A stretch of 64,000 nucleotides of DNA from Octopus sinensis (GCF_006345805.1 NC_042999.1:1054001-1118000); one strand, 5' to 3'; counted from the first letter of the stretch, positions 26,261-39,635 are shown. The notes: generated from the sequence alone by a model not told the origin. Translations and numbers: made by a program.

Positions 26261-27280
26261 AATATCTCTACTGTCACAGCTTCGCATACATGAATAGAAA
26301 ATATCCAGAGCTGGATTGCAATATATACATTAATTTCTTTTTGTGGATTGCAAAAGCAAGTGTAAGAAATAAAACGAAGGAATATTGAATATAATCGATA
26401 AAAATATTATGGGGAAAATGAAGGAAGAACAGATTCAAAGTGAACGCAAAATGAAAAAAAAATATGAGAAGTGAGGAGAGAAATGGTGAAAGTAAAATGA
26501 ACGTTTATTAAAATATAGATATACGGAAAGAAATAAATGTTTATAAACATGTTTATAAAAGTTGTAAATATTTAAAAAATACAGAAAAATTGAATAAAGA
26601 AATGAAGGATTGGTAAAAATAAGAACCGCAGAAATACAGGAAGAAAGGAATAAATATTTACAACACTAGACAAATAATATATCACATTTATCAATATTTA
26701 TATAATATATACAAACATCAAGGGATCCTAAAGTTTACAGCCCCTTTTTTTCTTTCTATCCAATGCTGTGAGGACGAAGAATTATCGTAAAGTTTTAAAA
26801 TTTCAAAATAAAATACTTTTACAAATATTTGGGTTATAGAATGCTTTAGGCCTAAAATCTTGAATATGAAAGAATTCAGAATATTAAAATTTTTTCGAAG
26901 AACTTTTTTTAAAGAATTTCTGCAAAAATCTCACGTAGAAACGAAATATATTCAACTTGTATATAAAATATAATTCCTAACAAAGTATTTATGTAACTGG
27001 CTTCATTTCAATCCCAATTCTTTCCATGAATTCACTAAATTAGATGGACTCTTTACAATAAATTATAAATTACAATGACAAACAAAGGTTACGTTACACG
27101 TACATACATAGATACATACGTATACACATGCAGGCATGCGCACACATAAATGTTTGACAATATATTTTGCCATGCATTTATGTGTGACGAAAAGGTACGT
27201 TTCTCTTATAGATATGTTCACAAGAGTTATACGAAATCTTGGCGACTGTTGGTATGAAAGTAATGCATATTTTCCTTTCG

Positions 27281-27314
<34 letters not shown>

Positions 27315-28117
27315 GAAAGAAGCGTTAAACTAACAAAGTAATACTGAGTAACCAGTGCAGCAGAACGAGTAATATAATACAGTATATTTAGCCATTGCCA
27401 CATCGAAATACGCGAAACAGAGACGTCAGAAAATCGCAGAGGCGTGAAACATAAGTTTGAAAATAAAAACAAATAAGCTCTATACAGTAATAATCATTCA
27501 GCACTTTCTTCTGCTTTCGTTGAGTCATTAAAACACTTTTAAAGTTGCATGTATATCCACACATGCACGCGCACACGTATGCTTCTCTCTCTTTCTCTCT
27601 CTCTATTTCTATTCACTATATGTGTGTGTATGTTGATTGATACAGATATGGATAAATAGATAGCGAGTTAGATAGGGTGATAAATAGAGAGACAAACACA
27701 CAGACAGACAGATACATTTCTTTATTGGCCACGCAGAGCTGAACACAGAAGGGGCAAAATACAAAGTAGAGCTTTTCTTTATGGGAAGAAGAGAAGGAAA
27801 AAAGAAGAAAGGGTCGAATTCCGGTCAAAAGAGATCGTGAAAAAAAAACTGGGGACGATTAATAGGGATCGTATATCACAGAAATGTCAATGTAAAAAGA
27901 GAAAACAGATTAGGTTTGTCCGTGGATAGAAAAGCCTACGGAAAAGACCACGGGAACCTTGGGCAAAGTGTCATGCAAAAAGAAAACATATTACAGTAAG
28001 TGGCCCTCTTTTTTCCTTTTATTTATTTATTTATTTATTTTTGGTTCATAGGATTATGCTCAAGCTGGCTCCGTCATTCATACGTGCCATCCTTGCTACA
28101 TTCACAGATATATAGAT

Positions 28118-28188
<71 letters not shown>

Positions 28189-29489
28189 GTAGAGAGAGAG
28201 AGAGATAGATAGATAGGCAGACAGACAGACAGACAGATAGGTAAGTAGGTAGAAGACAGATGTATTGGTCAACAGAGATATGATGAAAGAAAGGAAGGCC
28301 ACCACAAAATGTTAGCCGTTTTCTTAAATACGGTAAGTTATAAATACTTTTGTGAAATTATTCTGCAGACCACATATATTTTATTTTCAAATTCAAACAA
28401 AAAGTACTCCGTCATTGACAAACCGAAATTAATATTTACTACAGATCTCTGTCAATTTACACAGTTTCTTTACTGTGTAAATGCTTACAAATTCGTGGAT
28501 ATGTGCGTTTAATGCAGGCATGTGTATCTGGGTGCGTTTGAGTATTTATATAATACTAAGTTTGTAAATCAATAGCTACATCATTTTAATATTATTAATT
28601 TGTACTTGTATGTGTAGTGGCATAGATATCTTGTTTAAAACTACGTGAAGCAGATAGAAAAATCGATAAGTGTGTTGTATATGGAGGCCTGAGTTGGCTG
28701 TCAGAATAACAAGACCTGTCTATACTTTGAGACAATACCTGTCATCTCGTCAGAATAACAACACTCAACAAACCTGCCACTTTAGCTGCCGGCCAATCAG
28801 ATCACAGAACAACCCAGTAGACAGCGATCAGATACTGTCTCGAAAAACCAATATTGTTTACAAATTGTCAGTGTCGAGACACATACGGTGGATCGACAAA
28901 ATGAAATTTGCACATTAGAATCTCAGAATTCTTTATATTCCAATCGTCCAGCTTATGGTAAAGAAATATAAAAAAAAAACACAGGTTTTTGCAAGAGACA
29001 CACATATAAATATATACACACCAGACTCTAGTTTGCGGAAGTACTGTATACATTATTAAGAAAAATAACCCAACTTCCATCGCATAAAACACGCATTTCT
29101 CCGTACAGGAAATATATACCGTATATTAGTTTTCGTTTTAAATATACCGAGGAATTGCCCCACATTGATGCCAACGTAATAAGATTAGACTGAGGAGTCG
29201 GATAAGCATAATCCGCTAGGTACAATAATTCTTACTCAATAATCAGAATTTGAAAACAAGCCAAATTATCACAAACTGTTTGCACAAAATCATGTAAAAT
29301 TGCTTAGGCACGTCGGCCTAGGTATGTCGAGGGATCACATCATCTCATTATACCTCCTTAGGCAGAATACGTAACCTATAACTGATGTATATTTTACATT
29401 ATTAAATTATTATTAAACATTTGTTCAATATCTAAACATGTATGCGTATATGCGTACAATTATATGCACTTTAACAAGTATATACATCT

Positions 29490-29541
<52 letters not shown>

Positions 29542-29569
29542 ATGGTAATGACGCGAAACCACTATGATA

Positions 29570-29726
29570 TTTTGGCTCCTTGACTGATGAGGAAACCTCA
29601 GCTGCGAATATTTCGTGTATCGCGTCTTTGTCTATATTTCCTGTTCGTCAAGTTTTTGTCCAGTTTCCGGTTTGCTCTGCTTTCGTCTAGCTTTTTCTCC
29701 TCGTGGCATTCTGTCTGCTCAACCCT

Positions 29727-29735
<9 letters not shown>
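29570..29735 (+). mobile_element. pLTR-like element between (TA)n tracts
   Basis: CCTTGACTGATGAGG...GCGAAT followed by a T-rich tail and (TA)n. Confidence 0.4.
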
Positions 29736-29781
<46 letters not shown>

Positions 29782-29791
29782 ATATATATGC

Positions 29792-29849
<58 letters not shown>

Positions 29850-30263
29850 GTAGACGGATGGACAAACTGACAGACAGACAGACTGACTTGTCTCCCTTAA
29901 TTTAATGAAGGTAAACATTAGACTGTACCATTTACATTTCAAAATCAAAGGTGTGTCAGTTTATTAAAGTAAAGACAAAACGATGTAATTTAGATCATGA
30001 GAATGAAGAATGACAAAAAAAAATAATAATAATAAATAACGTAACAGACATGAAGAGAACACGGTAATCAAATACATTTGATTAAATTAATCTATGAATT
30101 CAATTTTTTTCTTCTCCCCAGAGTTTTGAAGCATACAATAATGGTTTTAAACTATATTGGTTAAACGAAAGACTATTACATTTGGTCGGTTCAACTATAC
30201 ATAAAAGGCCTAAAATCGTGGTTTTTTTTCCCTGTCTGTCTGTCTGTCTATATATCTATTAAG

Positions 30264-30294
<31 letters not shown>

Positions 30295-30343
30295 GATAGA
30301 TATAGATATAGATATAGATATAAATATAGATATATATATACAT

Positions 30344-30398
<55 letters not shown>

Positions 30399-30549
30399 TA
30401 CATGTATGCATACATACTTACTTAGATACATACATATATGTGTAATTATCTATCTATCTAAAATAATTAAGGTGGATAGACGCAATTTAAAACCAAACAT
30501 GAAATAATTAAACCTCGCTAAAAAGTGACCGAGGGTGCAGGGAGCACTG

Positions 30550-30797
30550 GTATTGCTAGAAATAAGTGCTAGAGACTCCTTAGCCACAGAAAGTACATGT
30601 CCTATTTGACTGACAGGGGAGACATTCATAAGCGAGGTGCATCAGATATACCATGCTTATGTCGTATAGAAATTAATACTCACCAGTAATGCTTACTCCA
30701 CTGGGTGTGGCGAAGCTAAACTCACGCCCATCAGTAGTTATAGAAGATGTGTTTTCTGTGGCTAAGGTATCTCTGACTTTTATTTCTAGCAATGCCA
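30550..30797. mobile_element. MITE with ~50-bp imperfect inverted repeats
   Basis: GTATTGCTAGAAATAAG...CCTTAGCCACAGAAA versus TTTCTGTGGCTAAGG...TTATTTCTAGCAATGC. Confidence 0.7.
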
Positions 30798-31000
30798 TGA
30801 TTATCTCATAATTATCGCGGGTGTTACGTTCCTAATCACCCCCTCGCGATAGCTGAATATCCGCGAAGTAGAGACAGCTTTGTACTGTATACCATCTTTA
30901 TTATTTTTATATATTCATTTTATCATAAATGCAAAACAACACCTCAGAGGAATCGATGTAAACCGCGATAGGTGAACCGCGATATGGTGAGGGCTTACTC
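30797..31000. mobile_element. Tigger/pogo-like MITE remnant
   Basis: TATCGCGG and CCGCGATATGGTGAGGGCTTACT ends resemble Tigger TIRs. Confidence 0.5.
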
Positions 31001-31114
31001 TATGTGAGTGTATGTGTATGTGTGCATGTGTGCGTGTATGTGTGCATGTGTGCGTGTGTGTGCGTGTGTGTATTTGTATGTGTGTGTGTGTGTGTATAAA
31101 GACATACATAATTG

Positions 31115-31344
31115 AATGAATAAACGAACGGAATTAGGACTTAGCAAGAGAATGCGACAAGGCAGCTCTGCTTGCTGTTCCAAAAATGAGTTCCAGGTGT
31201 GCTTCCATCATTGGATGCGACGCTGGAGAAAGTGTGTGACTTCAGAAGGGGGTCTACTTCAAAGGAGATTAAATGCCGAATTGATACGTGTTGTAGTTTT
31301 CGTTTTCGAGCAGCAGTCCTGATACCTTTTGATCGGACCTCGTA
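31115..31344 (+). pseudogene. Mariner transposase C-terminus and right TIR
   Basis: EFQVCFHHWMRRWRKCVTSEG matches F..W..RW.KCV...G.Y; TIR CAGTCCTGATACCTTTTGATCGGACCTCG followed by TA. Confidence 0.85.
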
Positions 31345-31424
31345 TCCACATGCATAGTTGCATACATAAATTTACATTCGTAACCAACAATTATTAGTGC
31401 ACTTATATATGTTGTAGTGGGTAG

Positions 31425-31750
31425 CGATTTCCTTCTCTTCAGGGATGACGACCCAGCCTGACACGAGTCCCAGGCTCAGCTGGCGCCTGTTGACAGCGCC
31501 CGGTATGGGCCCCTGTCCAGGGTTACGGAAAGGAGACAACCTTCAAAGAAATCCGGAGTGGAGTCCCGTAGGCGGTTTAGTGTTCGATTCGACACTCTTC
31601 CGGCAACTCTGCACACCTTTGGACTACGTCAAAAAGGTCGAGAGAGGAATCCTGACGATCGGGCTACCCAGGATTTTCTTACATCTAGCCCAGGTCTGCG
31701 CAAAACTATGCGCAACTCCATTGTCTCCCGAGACAAAAGGATACCAACAA
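31425..31750 (+). mobile_element. GC-rich segment resembling an RTE-type LINE 5' UTR
   Basis: GAAATCCGGAGTGGAGTCCCGTAGGCGG resembles recalled RTE leaders; not verified. Confidence 0.4.
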
Positions 31751-33991
31751 TATGTTGGTAAATACCTAAGCTACAATCTGGAAAAGCTAGGATTTTCAAG
31801 GAAAGATTTTAACACAAACACCAAATTTTCATAGTGGGACATTTAAAATATGCAACAGGTTTTTTAAAAGTTCGACAGGTAGTAATCATCCAACTATCTT
31901 CATTATTGTCAAAATTCCACAGAGAGTGGACTGGTTTTTTGTTAAAAACTACACTTATTCTCGAAAGAACATTAACAAATAAAAAGGAGAAAACGTGTAT
32001 ATGTGTATCTCATTGTTCACTTTTATTTCAAGATTACCTCCCAATAGAGAAAGATATGCTTTCTAAGCTAGATCCAAGGCCCCTTCATTAGAATTTCAAC
32101 GTGAACCACAAGGTATGTATGTATGTATGTATGTATGTATGTATGTATGTATGTATGTATGTATGTGTGCTTACGTATATATTTATGTAGTGTAGAGTTT
32201 CTTTTATAACCCACATATTCAACACTTGAATACTGATCATTCTTCTACAATTTCTTTTCTCTACCTCTGTAGCCCACAGAACAAACTTCTTGAAGGAAAG
32301 GTTAAGCAATTCTCTGAAGAACTAATCTCTCCAGTCTCGAGTATCTGGAACAATCTTTCAAACAGCTGGTAATCAACTATTTCAAAGTCAACAATATTTG
32401 GCTTCTTCAGTGCATGCGCAGAGAGAATTCTTTTTAATTGAGAAGAAACAAGGGCTATAAAGGACACTCAAGACCACCCCGATGGTGTCACACAGTAGGT
32501 TTTCCTTGAGAACGCAAAACATCTCTTATGGCGTGAGCAGAAAACTAAGATTTCAAAGTTGGTTCTTCTGTTCATTGCAGGTTAGGCTTACTGGCCACTG
32601 TGCTATTGTGTTGAACAATCGGTCATATCAGTTGTTTTTAAAAACTTCTAAGCACTAATAAAGGACGAAAACTGCTCAGCTATATTGATAGTACTAGCAG
32701 AGATAAGCAGAGATACACAACATAAAAATGAGAATCTACCAGAGCTAATAGTGACACAGAGAGTGTATCTCCGAGGCTGCAATCTGAGAAGAAATCAGCG
32801 TATACTAACAATAATAGTGTTTGATATAAATGGCTAAAAACCTCTCTCAATGGAATTACAATAAAAATTGTCAAATAAATATAAATAAGCCAAGTGTCAC
32901 ATATTAGAGGAGGCTCTTAGTAATAACAGTGTAGCAAAACGGCGGTGCATCAGCATGGCCACAGCTCTGAGCTGAAACTAGAGAAAATAAATAAATAAAC
33001 ATAAAATGAGAATTAGTACTGCATAAGGAATAGCAATGTTTTTTAAGAGATACTCTCGTAGAGGCTACTCACTAACTGAATGGATGCATTTCGTTATGGT
33101 TGCCATCATCACAACAGTAACCTTGCTCCAAACAATTAGTTTCCTTTCGTTGCACCTTTTATTATTATAGAAAAAATATAATTTGGGTTTAAAATGTTAT
33201 AAAAAGCAATAAATGATCGCCAATACAATTCCTCAATGGGAAATTTCTGGTGTGCGGAGGAAGCTGAAATATCTCCAAGAAGTAATCCCTTTAACTATTA
33301 TTGTTTTCAATTTTAATGATTTCTATTAATGAAGGAAAATTAAAATGAGTTTTTCAGTGAAACATCTCCATTAAGCTGGAGTCAATCCAGCATTTCTCTA
33401 ATGGCAGAAATTTTATAGAAATGCATCAACTGCTTAGCGCCATCCAACAAATACCATTAGTATCACTCCAATGGTTTTATTTTATGGGACAATAAAAATA
33501 TGCAGTGGTTTTCATCAATAAATTTAAAATTCATAAAAGTAATTAAGATTACGCAGTTATCAGTGAAAATTAGATTTTGATCTGAGAGTTCAAATGAAAC
33601 ATTTAATACGTTTGTGGAAATAAACATTTCCTCCGTTTTTCTAAACTTGATAGCAAATGCATATAAATGCCTAACAGAATGATCATAGTTTACAAGTTTT
33701 ATCAGCAGACTAACAATATCTCCGCAGTTCTTCAAACCTGTTTCTACGTTGCGAAACTAACTTTCATCAATTGACAATGGCCATTAATTAGACTAGCATC
33801 ACCTGGATATTTCAGTGTTATTACTTTTATATCTATTTATATGAAATGCAGCCAGTTGTGTTTTTAATGGTTGCTTGTCTGCTGGTTATTGCATGACTAA
33901 ATTGAAGGAAACTGTGTTAAAGGAACCATTCCATGTTGAGACATTCTAAAGCGAATAAAGTCTCTCTTAGAAAGATAATTCTTTCTGCTAG

Positions 33992-34115
33992 AGACGAAAG
34001 ACTTACAGCTTTGAAAGCAAGAGTATGGCTATTGCATCGCCCCAGCACATGGCTGGTTCGTTTACAGACCCCCTCGAAAAGATTGAAGTCAAATTCGACC
34101 AAAGAATTTTGCTTG
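33992..34115 (+). CDS. Candidate exon of an unidentified host gene
   Basis: Acceptor TCTTTCTGCTAG and donor GTAAGC; frame RRKTYSFESKSMAIASPQHMAGSFTDPLEKIEVKFDQRILL opens exactly at the acceptor; no protein recognised. Confidence 0.3.
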
Positions 34116-34187
34116 GTAAGCTAATAATTCCACAAACTCACTGCCATTAAATGGCTTCAAATTTTGGTAAAAGGCCAGCGGATTTAG

Positions 34188-34275
34188 GGAAAGGAACAGG
34201 CTGATTATAACAACTCCTGTACTTCATTGGCATTTTTTTATCGACCCTCCTTCCCTTCTCCGAAAGGACCAAAGG
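34188..34275 (+). CDS. Second candidate exon
   Basis: TTTAG acceptor and AGG|GTAAGT donor; GKEQADYNNSCTSLAFFYRPSFPSPKGPK; 72-nt GT-AG gap from the previous candidate. Confidence 0.25.
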
Positions 34276-34805
34276 GTAAGTCGAGCAGAAAGGAATCTGA
34301 TTCGGATACAGACATTCGTTGGAAGAATGATAGCTGGTTAAAATAACAACACACGAAATTAAATATTACGGAGATGTACTTGCATAGCAAGTGACCTAAT
34401 CTGAGATCGTGTGCTGGAACGAAAACAATTGCAGCATGAAAGGTGTTTATAAGCCATTTAAGAAACACACAAAAACCGTTAAATTGACTTCAACATTTAA
34501 ATTTAATTTGTCAAAATATTTTCGTCGCTTTGAGACCGCGACCTATTCACTGACAAAATTCCAAATATTGCTTATCGTAAATCAGAATTGTACATTGGTT
34601 TGAAAATTATTATTACTAACGATAGCTCTTTTCAGAAAAAGCTTTGAATAAACTGTGTCGATATCTCGGATTTCCCAAGAATGTGGTCAATCATGGCTGC
34701 AACTAATCCTTTATAAAATGTGAAGATTACCGTTCCACTGGCCGCATTGCTTGGGAGCTACAGCCATAAAGCTGAAAAAGAAGTAAAGATAATAGATGTT
34801 ACAAT

Positions 34806-35942
34806 GTTAGTTAGTTAGTTAGTTAATTGGCTCAAAAGCAAATAGCAAGGCCATGTAGGGTGACATGGAGTTAAGTACAGGGTGGTGTTCATGTAAAGAG
34901 TTCAGGCCACTTGAGGTCCAGGGAGGCTTTGAACAAAGCGGTCGTCGGCATCTTCACCATCTCGTCTGGCAGCTTGTTCCACGGATCCGCAACCCGGACG
35001 GAGAAAGCTCCTCTCCTTCGATTGAGATGAAATCGTCGCAGGTAGAGCTTTTCGGAATGACCCCGCAGCCGACGCTCCGGAGCAGGAGTGAAGAACAGCT
35101 CTTTCGAGAGGTTACACTTCCCGCTTATGATGTTGTGGGCGAGAATGAGATCACCACGGCGGCGGCGTTTTTCAAGAGAATAAAGGTCGAGCGTCCTCAG
35201 CCTTTCTTCGTAGGACAAATTTTTGAGACCATGAACCAGGCGGGTAGCCAGCCTCTGGACTCTTTCGAGGTGCTGTATGTCTTTGAGGAGATAAGGAGAA
35301 GAGGCTTGAATCCCATACTCCAATATGGGTCTCACCAGCGTGGCATAGAGTGGCAGGAATATGGCTGCTGTGAGCATTCCGAATGACCGTCGAATCAAAA
35401 ACAGAATTCCGCGCGCTTTGTTGGCAGCATGGACGCACTGGGCCGAAGGCGAAAAGGAGGAATCCACCAAGATACCCAGGTCCTTTACCTGATCGGTCCT
35501 CTCCAGCAGCAGACGACCCGGCTCGAAATCAAGTTGAGTTGCAGGAGTAGAGCCGACAGGCAGATGACAGCACTTTGACACGTTCAGACACAGGTCCCAA
35601 TCGTTAGACCACTTCCAAATTTGGTGGAGGCATCGACGAAGATCCTCTATATTACCGCGAGGAGCGACCAGTTTGATATCGTCGGCAAATAGAAGGGTGT
35701 GTTGCGTGAGGTCGTCGGGCAAGTCATTTATGAAGACTAAGAACAACAAGGGCCCAAGCACTGAACCTTGAGGCACGCCACTGCTCGCACTGGAGACGTC
35801 GGACCGCGAACCATTAACTTGAACTTGGAAGGAGCGATCTGAGAGGAAGGCACCAACCCATCGTACAATATCCGGATGGAAACTATATGCTTGAAGCTTG
35901 ACAAGCAATAGGCGGCGGATTACCGAGTCAAAAGCTTTGACA
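34806..35942 (-). mobile_element. 5'-truncated CR1-clade LINE with (TAAC)n tail
   Basis: Uninterrupted RT from KAFDSV through GVPQGSVLGPLLFLVFINDL, LFADD and the CR1-type C-terminus LRGHSEKL...FSVRVADPWNKLP; tail at 34806-34825. Confidence 0.93.
34889..35940 (-). CDS. Reverse transcriptase, partial (C-terminal ~350 aa of the 438-aa ORF)
   Basis: RT motifs present; the N-terminal ~88 aa of the ORF call is antisense read-through of the Dong fragment. Confidence 0.88.
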
Positions 35943-36300
35943 GTATTAGGCGATTCAAAGGCGAAATGTAAGGAAACAGAAAGGATTGAGGAATACAAGT
36001 CACTGCGGGACGAGAGAGGAAAGTTATGGAGCATGAAGAAAGTAATGGTGATACTGGTGGGAATTGGAACATTAGGAGCAGTTTCCAAGGGTTTTGAAAA
36101 GCAGTTTAAGAATACTAAAGCTGCTGCCAGACCCGAGGCGATCCAGAAGACAGCATTGTTGGGTACAGCTTGCATTCTATGGAGAGTATTGTCTATTTGA
36201 GTCACAAGAGAAGGTACTACTTGAAACCTTTAGTGATTTGTTATTGCCTGCTTTCAAGTAAAGAACAACCGGTAATAAAGAAATATCCAGGAGTCTTTCA
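35940..36300 (+). mobile_element. Dong/R4-type LINE 3' end (restriction-like endonuclease C-terminus and 3' UTR)
   Basis: VLGDSKAKCKETERIEEYKSLRDERGKLWSMKKVMVILVGIGTLGAVSKG...IQKTALLGTACILWRVL; ends in (AAT)n. Confidence 0.88.
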
Positions 36301-36305
36301 TATTG

Positions 36306-36326
36306 ATTATAATAATAATAATAATA

Positions 36327-36365
<39 letters not shown>

Positions 36366-36387
36366 CAACATCAACAACAACAACAAC

Positions 36388-36426
<39 letters not shown>

Positions 36427-36691
36427 TCGAGAAATGTGTTGGAGAAATTGGAATTGACATGAGCGCGGAATATACCCAAATAAACTGTTGTATTTGGGGA
36501 TAGCTAGGATTTTGAGATTCGTACTTGGGTGTTGAACACCCTCTGCGATACTTAATGCCTAAGTACCAAGTATTATAATTTGTGGAAATAGACCCTGTGA
36601 GACCTTTGATACCAGGATGCTGTCCGCTCTCACAGAATTAACCAGAGCAAGGAAAATCGAGAACTCTAAGACGTAAATACTACTACTAATT

Positions 36692-36728
<37 letters not shown>

Positions 36729-36745
36729 CGACGACGACAACGATG

Positions 36746-36792
<47 letters not shown>

Positions 36793-36842
36793 GATGATGA
36801 TGATGATGGTGATGGTGATGGTGATGATGGTGATGGTGATGG

Positions 36843-36915
<73 letters not shown>

Positions 36916-36947
36916 GATGATGATGATAATGATGATGATGATGATGA
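36306..36947. repeat. (AAT/AAC)n 36306-36425 and (GAT/GGT)n 36690-36947
   Basis: Direct reading. Confidence 0.95.
36425..36685 (+). mobile_element. Second Dong/R4-type 3' fragment
   Basis: FEKCVGEIGIDMSAEYTQ / TVVFGIARILRFVLGC-stop with one frameshift; flanked by (AAT)n and (ACT/GAT)n. Confidence 0.75.
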
Positions 36948-37809
36948 ATCCTAATTGTATGTGCTGAAAGTGGACAGAAATGTGCTCGGTGGTGCAGTGA
37001 AAGCGCGCAATAAAAATATAAGACCTGTAAAATAACACATAATTTTGAAGATTTCGACCAGTCTAGATTTCCAAGATTTTAAATGGTAATAATTAGATAT
37101 CTCCAAGAAACGATGCTACGCTATTGTAAAGAAAATTATCAGGAATTCTAGTGTTTAATACCAATGGGTAGTTGAACTGAGACTAGCGTAATTATCTTTC
37201 CTGTTCACACACGTAGGACAAATTCTACCTGAATGTTTAAAATCGATGAGTTATCTATTCAAGGGTTTTATATCTTTAATATCCGATAAGCAGTTACGCA
37301 TTTATTGATGTCAAACGGATATATAAAGTATGTTAGTGTTAACTAGATATAAATCCGGATTGTGAAGTTAGCTTTTACTTGCAGCTAAGATTAATGTAAA
37401 GCTAAAACTTAAGAAATCACCTCCAGCTAAAATCGTTAATGTAGAAATTGCCATTAAAATCTTGCTTCGATTTTGATTACCTATTATGTAATGCAATTGA
37501 GAGTCAATAAACTATATTCCGTAGCACAGAATCTCAGGGATCGCTATGGGTATTTAATATGAGCTAAATATTAAACTACGTTGTACGGGTAACACTCTAG
37601 TTTATCTCCTTCAAAATGGCGTTATTTCTATATTTGCTCTCTGCGCATATGAGATATTAACAGACAAAACTGTTGTCCTTTCTTTCTTGTCTATTTTATG
37701 AAGCAAAACTTATTTCTATATTTGGATGCTTGAAGCAAAATTTGCGTTGATATAATTGGAAGGCATATAGAAGATTCTCGACCACATGGTTCCGGGTTCA
37801 GTTCCACAG

Positions 37810-38066
37810 TGTGGAACCTTGGATAACAGTCTTCTACAATAACCTCGAGCCGACCAAAAGCCATGTGAGTGGATTTCGCAGACGGAAACTGAAAGAAGGC
37901 CGTCGTATATATATATATACACGTGTGTGTGTGTGTATGTGTGTGCGTGTGTGTATGTGTGTGTGTATGTGTGTCTGTGAATAAGTCCCGGGGTCGAGTT
38001 GCTCGATTAAAGGTGGTGCTCCACATGGCCGCAGTCAAATGACTAAAAACAAGTAAAAGAGAGTAT
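37810..38066 (+). mobile_element. SINE family B, partial
   Basis: Homologous to 2348-2752. Confidence 0.8.
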
Positions 38067-38229
38067 AACCTAGTAGTTATTTTTTAAGTTAAAGCAATAC
38101 ATGTTATAATTGTACAAGTCGATATTTTGTCCATTTTTTCACATTGCATTTCAATATTTTAGGGTTAGGGCTCCTTCTTCAGGAAAATGGTGTTGTGAGC
38201 TAACTTTGTATGCAAAGCAACTTTTCATT

Positions 38230-38452
38230 TACGTGGGGATGCTGAAAAGTTCCTGGCTTTGTGTAAAGAAAATACAAGAGGATCAGTTAATTATCATTTT
38301 ACTCAACATATTATTCCACTCTCAGATTCATACATTTATTGCAGCGGTCCTTCAGTTTTTCTAACCCCTGTAAAAGAACCCGGAAGTTTGGATCTCCAAC
38401 CAGGCCTTTGGTGTTACTCTTAAAACCAGGAACTCTCCAGCATCCCTTCGTA
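38230..38452. mobile_element. Mariner-type MITE
   Basis: TA-CGTGGGGATGCTGAAAAGTTCCTGGC...ACCAGGAACTCTCCAGCATCCCTTCG-TA imperfect TIRs. Confidence 0.8.
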
Positions 38453-39351
38453 TTCACACTAGAGCACAGATAAGTCAGTTAACAACACCGTTTCCCTGAA
38501 TATTTCCTGAATAAGTGGTCCTAACCTCGAAACATAGAAATTCAAAGTAAATGCAGAAACCATCAACTGGTATTATTTCTTATAACTTGCAATGTTTTTT
38601 TGGCTTCAGACTTTTTTTAAAGATTCTTCTCTATCAAACAATATTTCATGCAAACTTATACGACTCTAAATTGATTAAATTTTATGAAATATGTCTTGTG
38701 AAATTTGTCTCAAATATTCTTGAAACGACTGAGTAATTCATTGAAGATCAATTTACCAGAAAGAAATTTCAACGTAAATCAATCAAGAAGTCTTAGATCA
38801 AACTAAATTTAGAATATTCTATTATGTCGGTCTTTAGAGAGAGAAAAAAAGAAACTTTAATGCCAATTGTTTATCGATCTATATTCTGAAAAAATAAAGA
38901 TTACGTAGTGACATTGCTTTGAAGTGCACGAAAGTTAATATGTTGCCTATTGAACATAGCTTCAAACAAGTCTATAATGTTACAAGCAATGAAAAGTTAT
39001 GTAATTTTCGCATGCTGCAGTTTACATCCTGTGGGATATGCATAATCTCAGTTCTTTGTAAAGGTAGATATGTTGTCATAATGTTCTGCTATTATTCTAA
39101 AGCTTAGAGTATTAGTCTTTTTATAAAAAGCAGACATAAATTTTCGGCTACTTTTGTCAACTGTGTTTTAGGATCGATGAAATAATCTCATTATGCGTTT
39201 ACTTCTCATATGTGTGTATATGTTTATATACGCGCGCACAGGCACATACACACATACACCACCAGCAGCACCACCATCATCATCATCATTTAATGTTTTT
39301 CTTTCATACTGGCATAGGTTGGACGGATTGACAGAAGTTGCCAAGCCATAT

Positions 39352-39394
<43 letters not shown>

Positions 39395-39600
39395 AAAATG
39401 AGGGTGAGGAATTAGATATTCATTTAATTAACATCGATTTCACACCAGTGGTCTAACAGTTTATATATATATATATATATATATACATATTTAACAGAAG
39501 TAACATAATGACTCACGGTTTCGTGCGTTAGCATTTGTGAAACTAGTTTTCCTTTTTACATCAACATAGCTGTGTGCGTGTGGGATCTTTCCTTCTCCTT

Positions 39601-39635
39601 GTTTCCGACGAAGAGCTCCGCTCGAAACGTTAAAC
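39601..39635 (+). ncRNA. Minimal hammerhead-like motif, U4C core variant, in a pLTR (39580-39830)
   Basis: GUUU-CCGACGA-A-GAGC(UCC)GCUC-GAAAC-GUU-AAAC; identical copy at 53507-53541. Confidence 0.6.

Noticed and set aside
31425-31560. HDV-like ribozyme in the putative RTE 5' UTR
   Set aside because: Only simple hairpins were found; I could not build the nested double pseudoknot by eye. An RNArobo/Infernal search would settle it.
32261-32467. Minus-strand ORF KKPNIVDFEIVDYQLFERLF as an exon
   Set aside because: Weak splice sites, no recognised homology, and it conflicts with stronger + strand signals.
34865-35386. 173-aa + strand ORF
   Set aside because: Antisense shadow of the CR1 RT.
35940-36205. 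N-terminal 88 aa of the 438-aa ORF as a novel RT-associated domain
   Set aside because: It is the antisense strand of the Dong/R4 fragment, open by chance.
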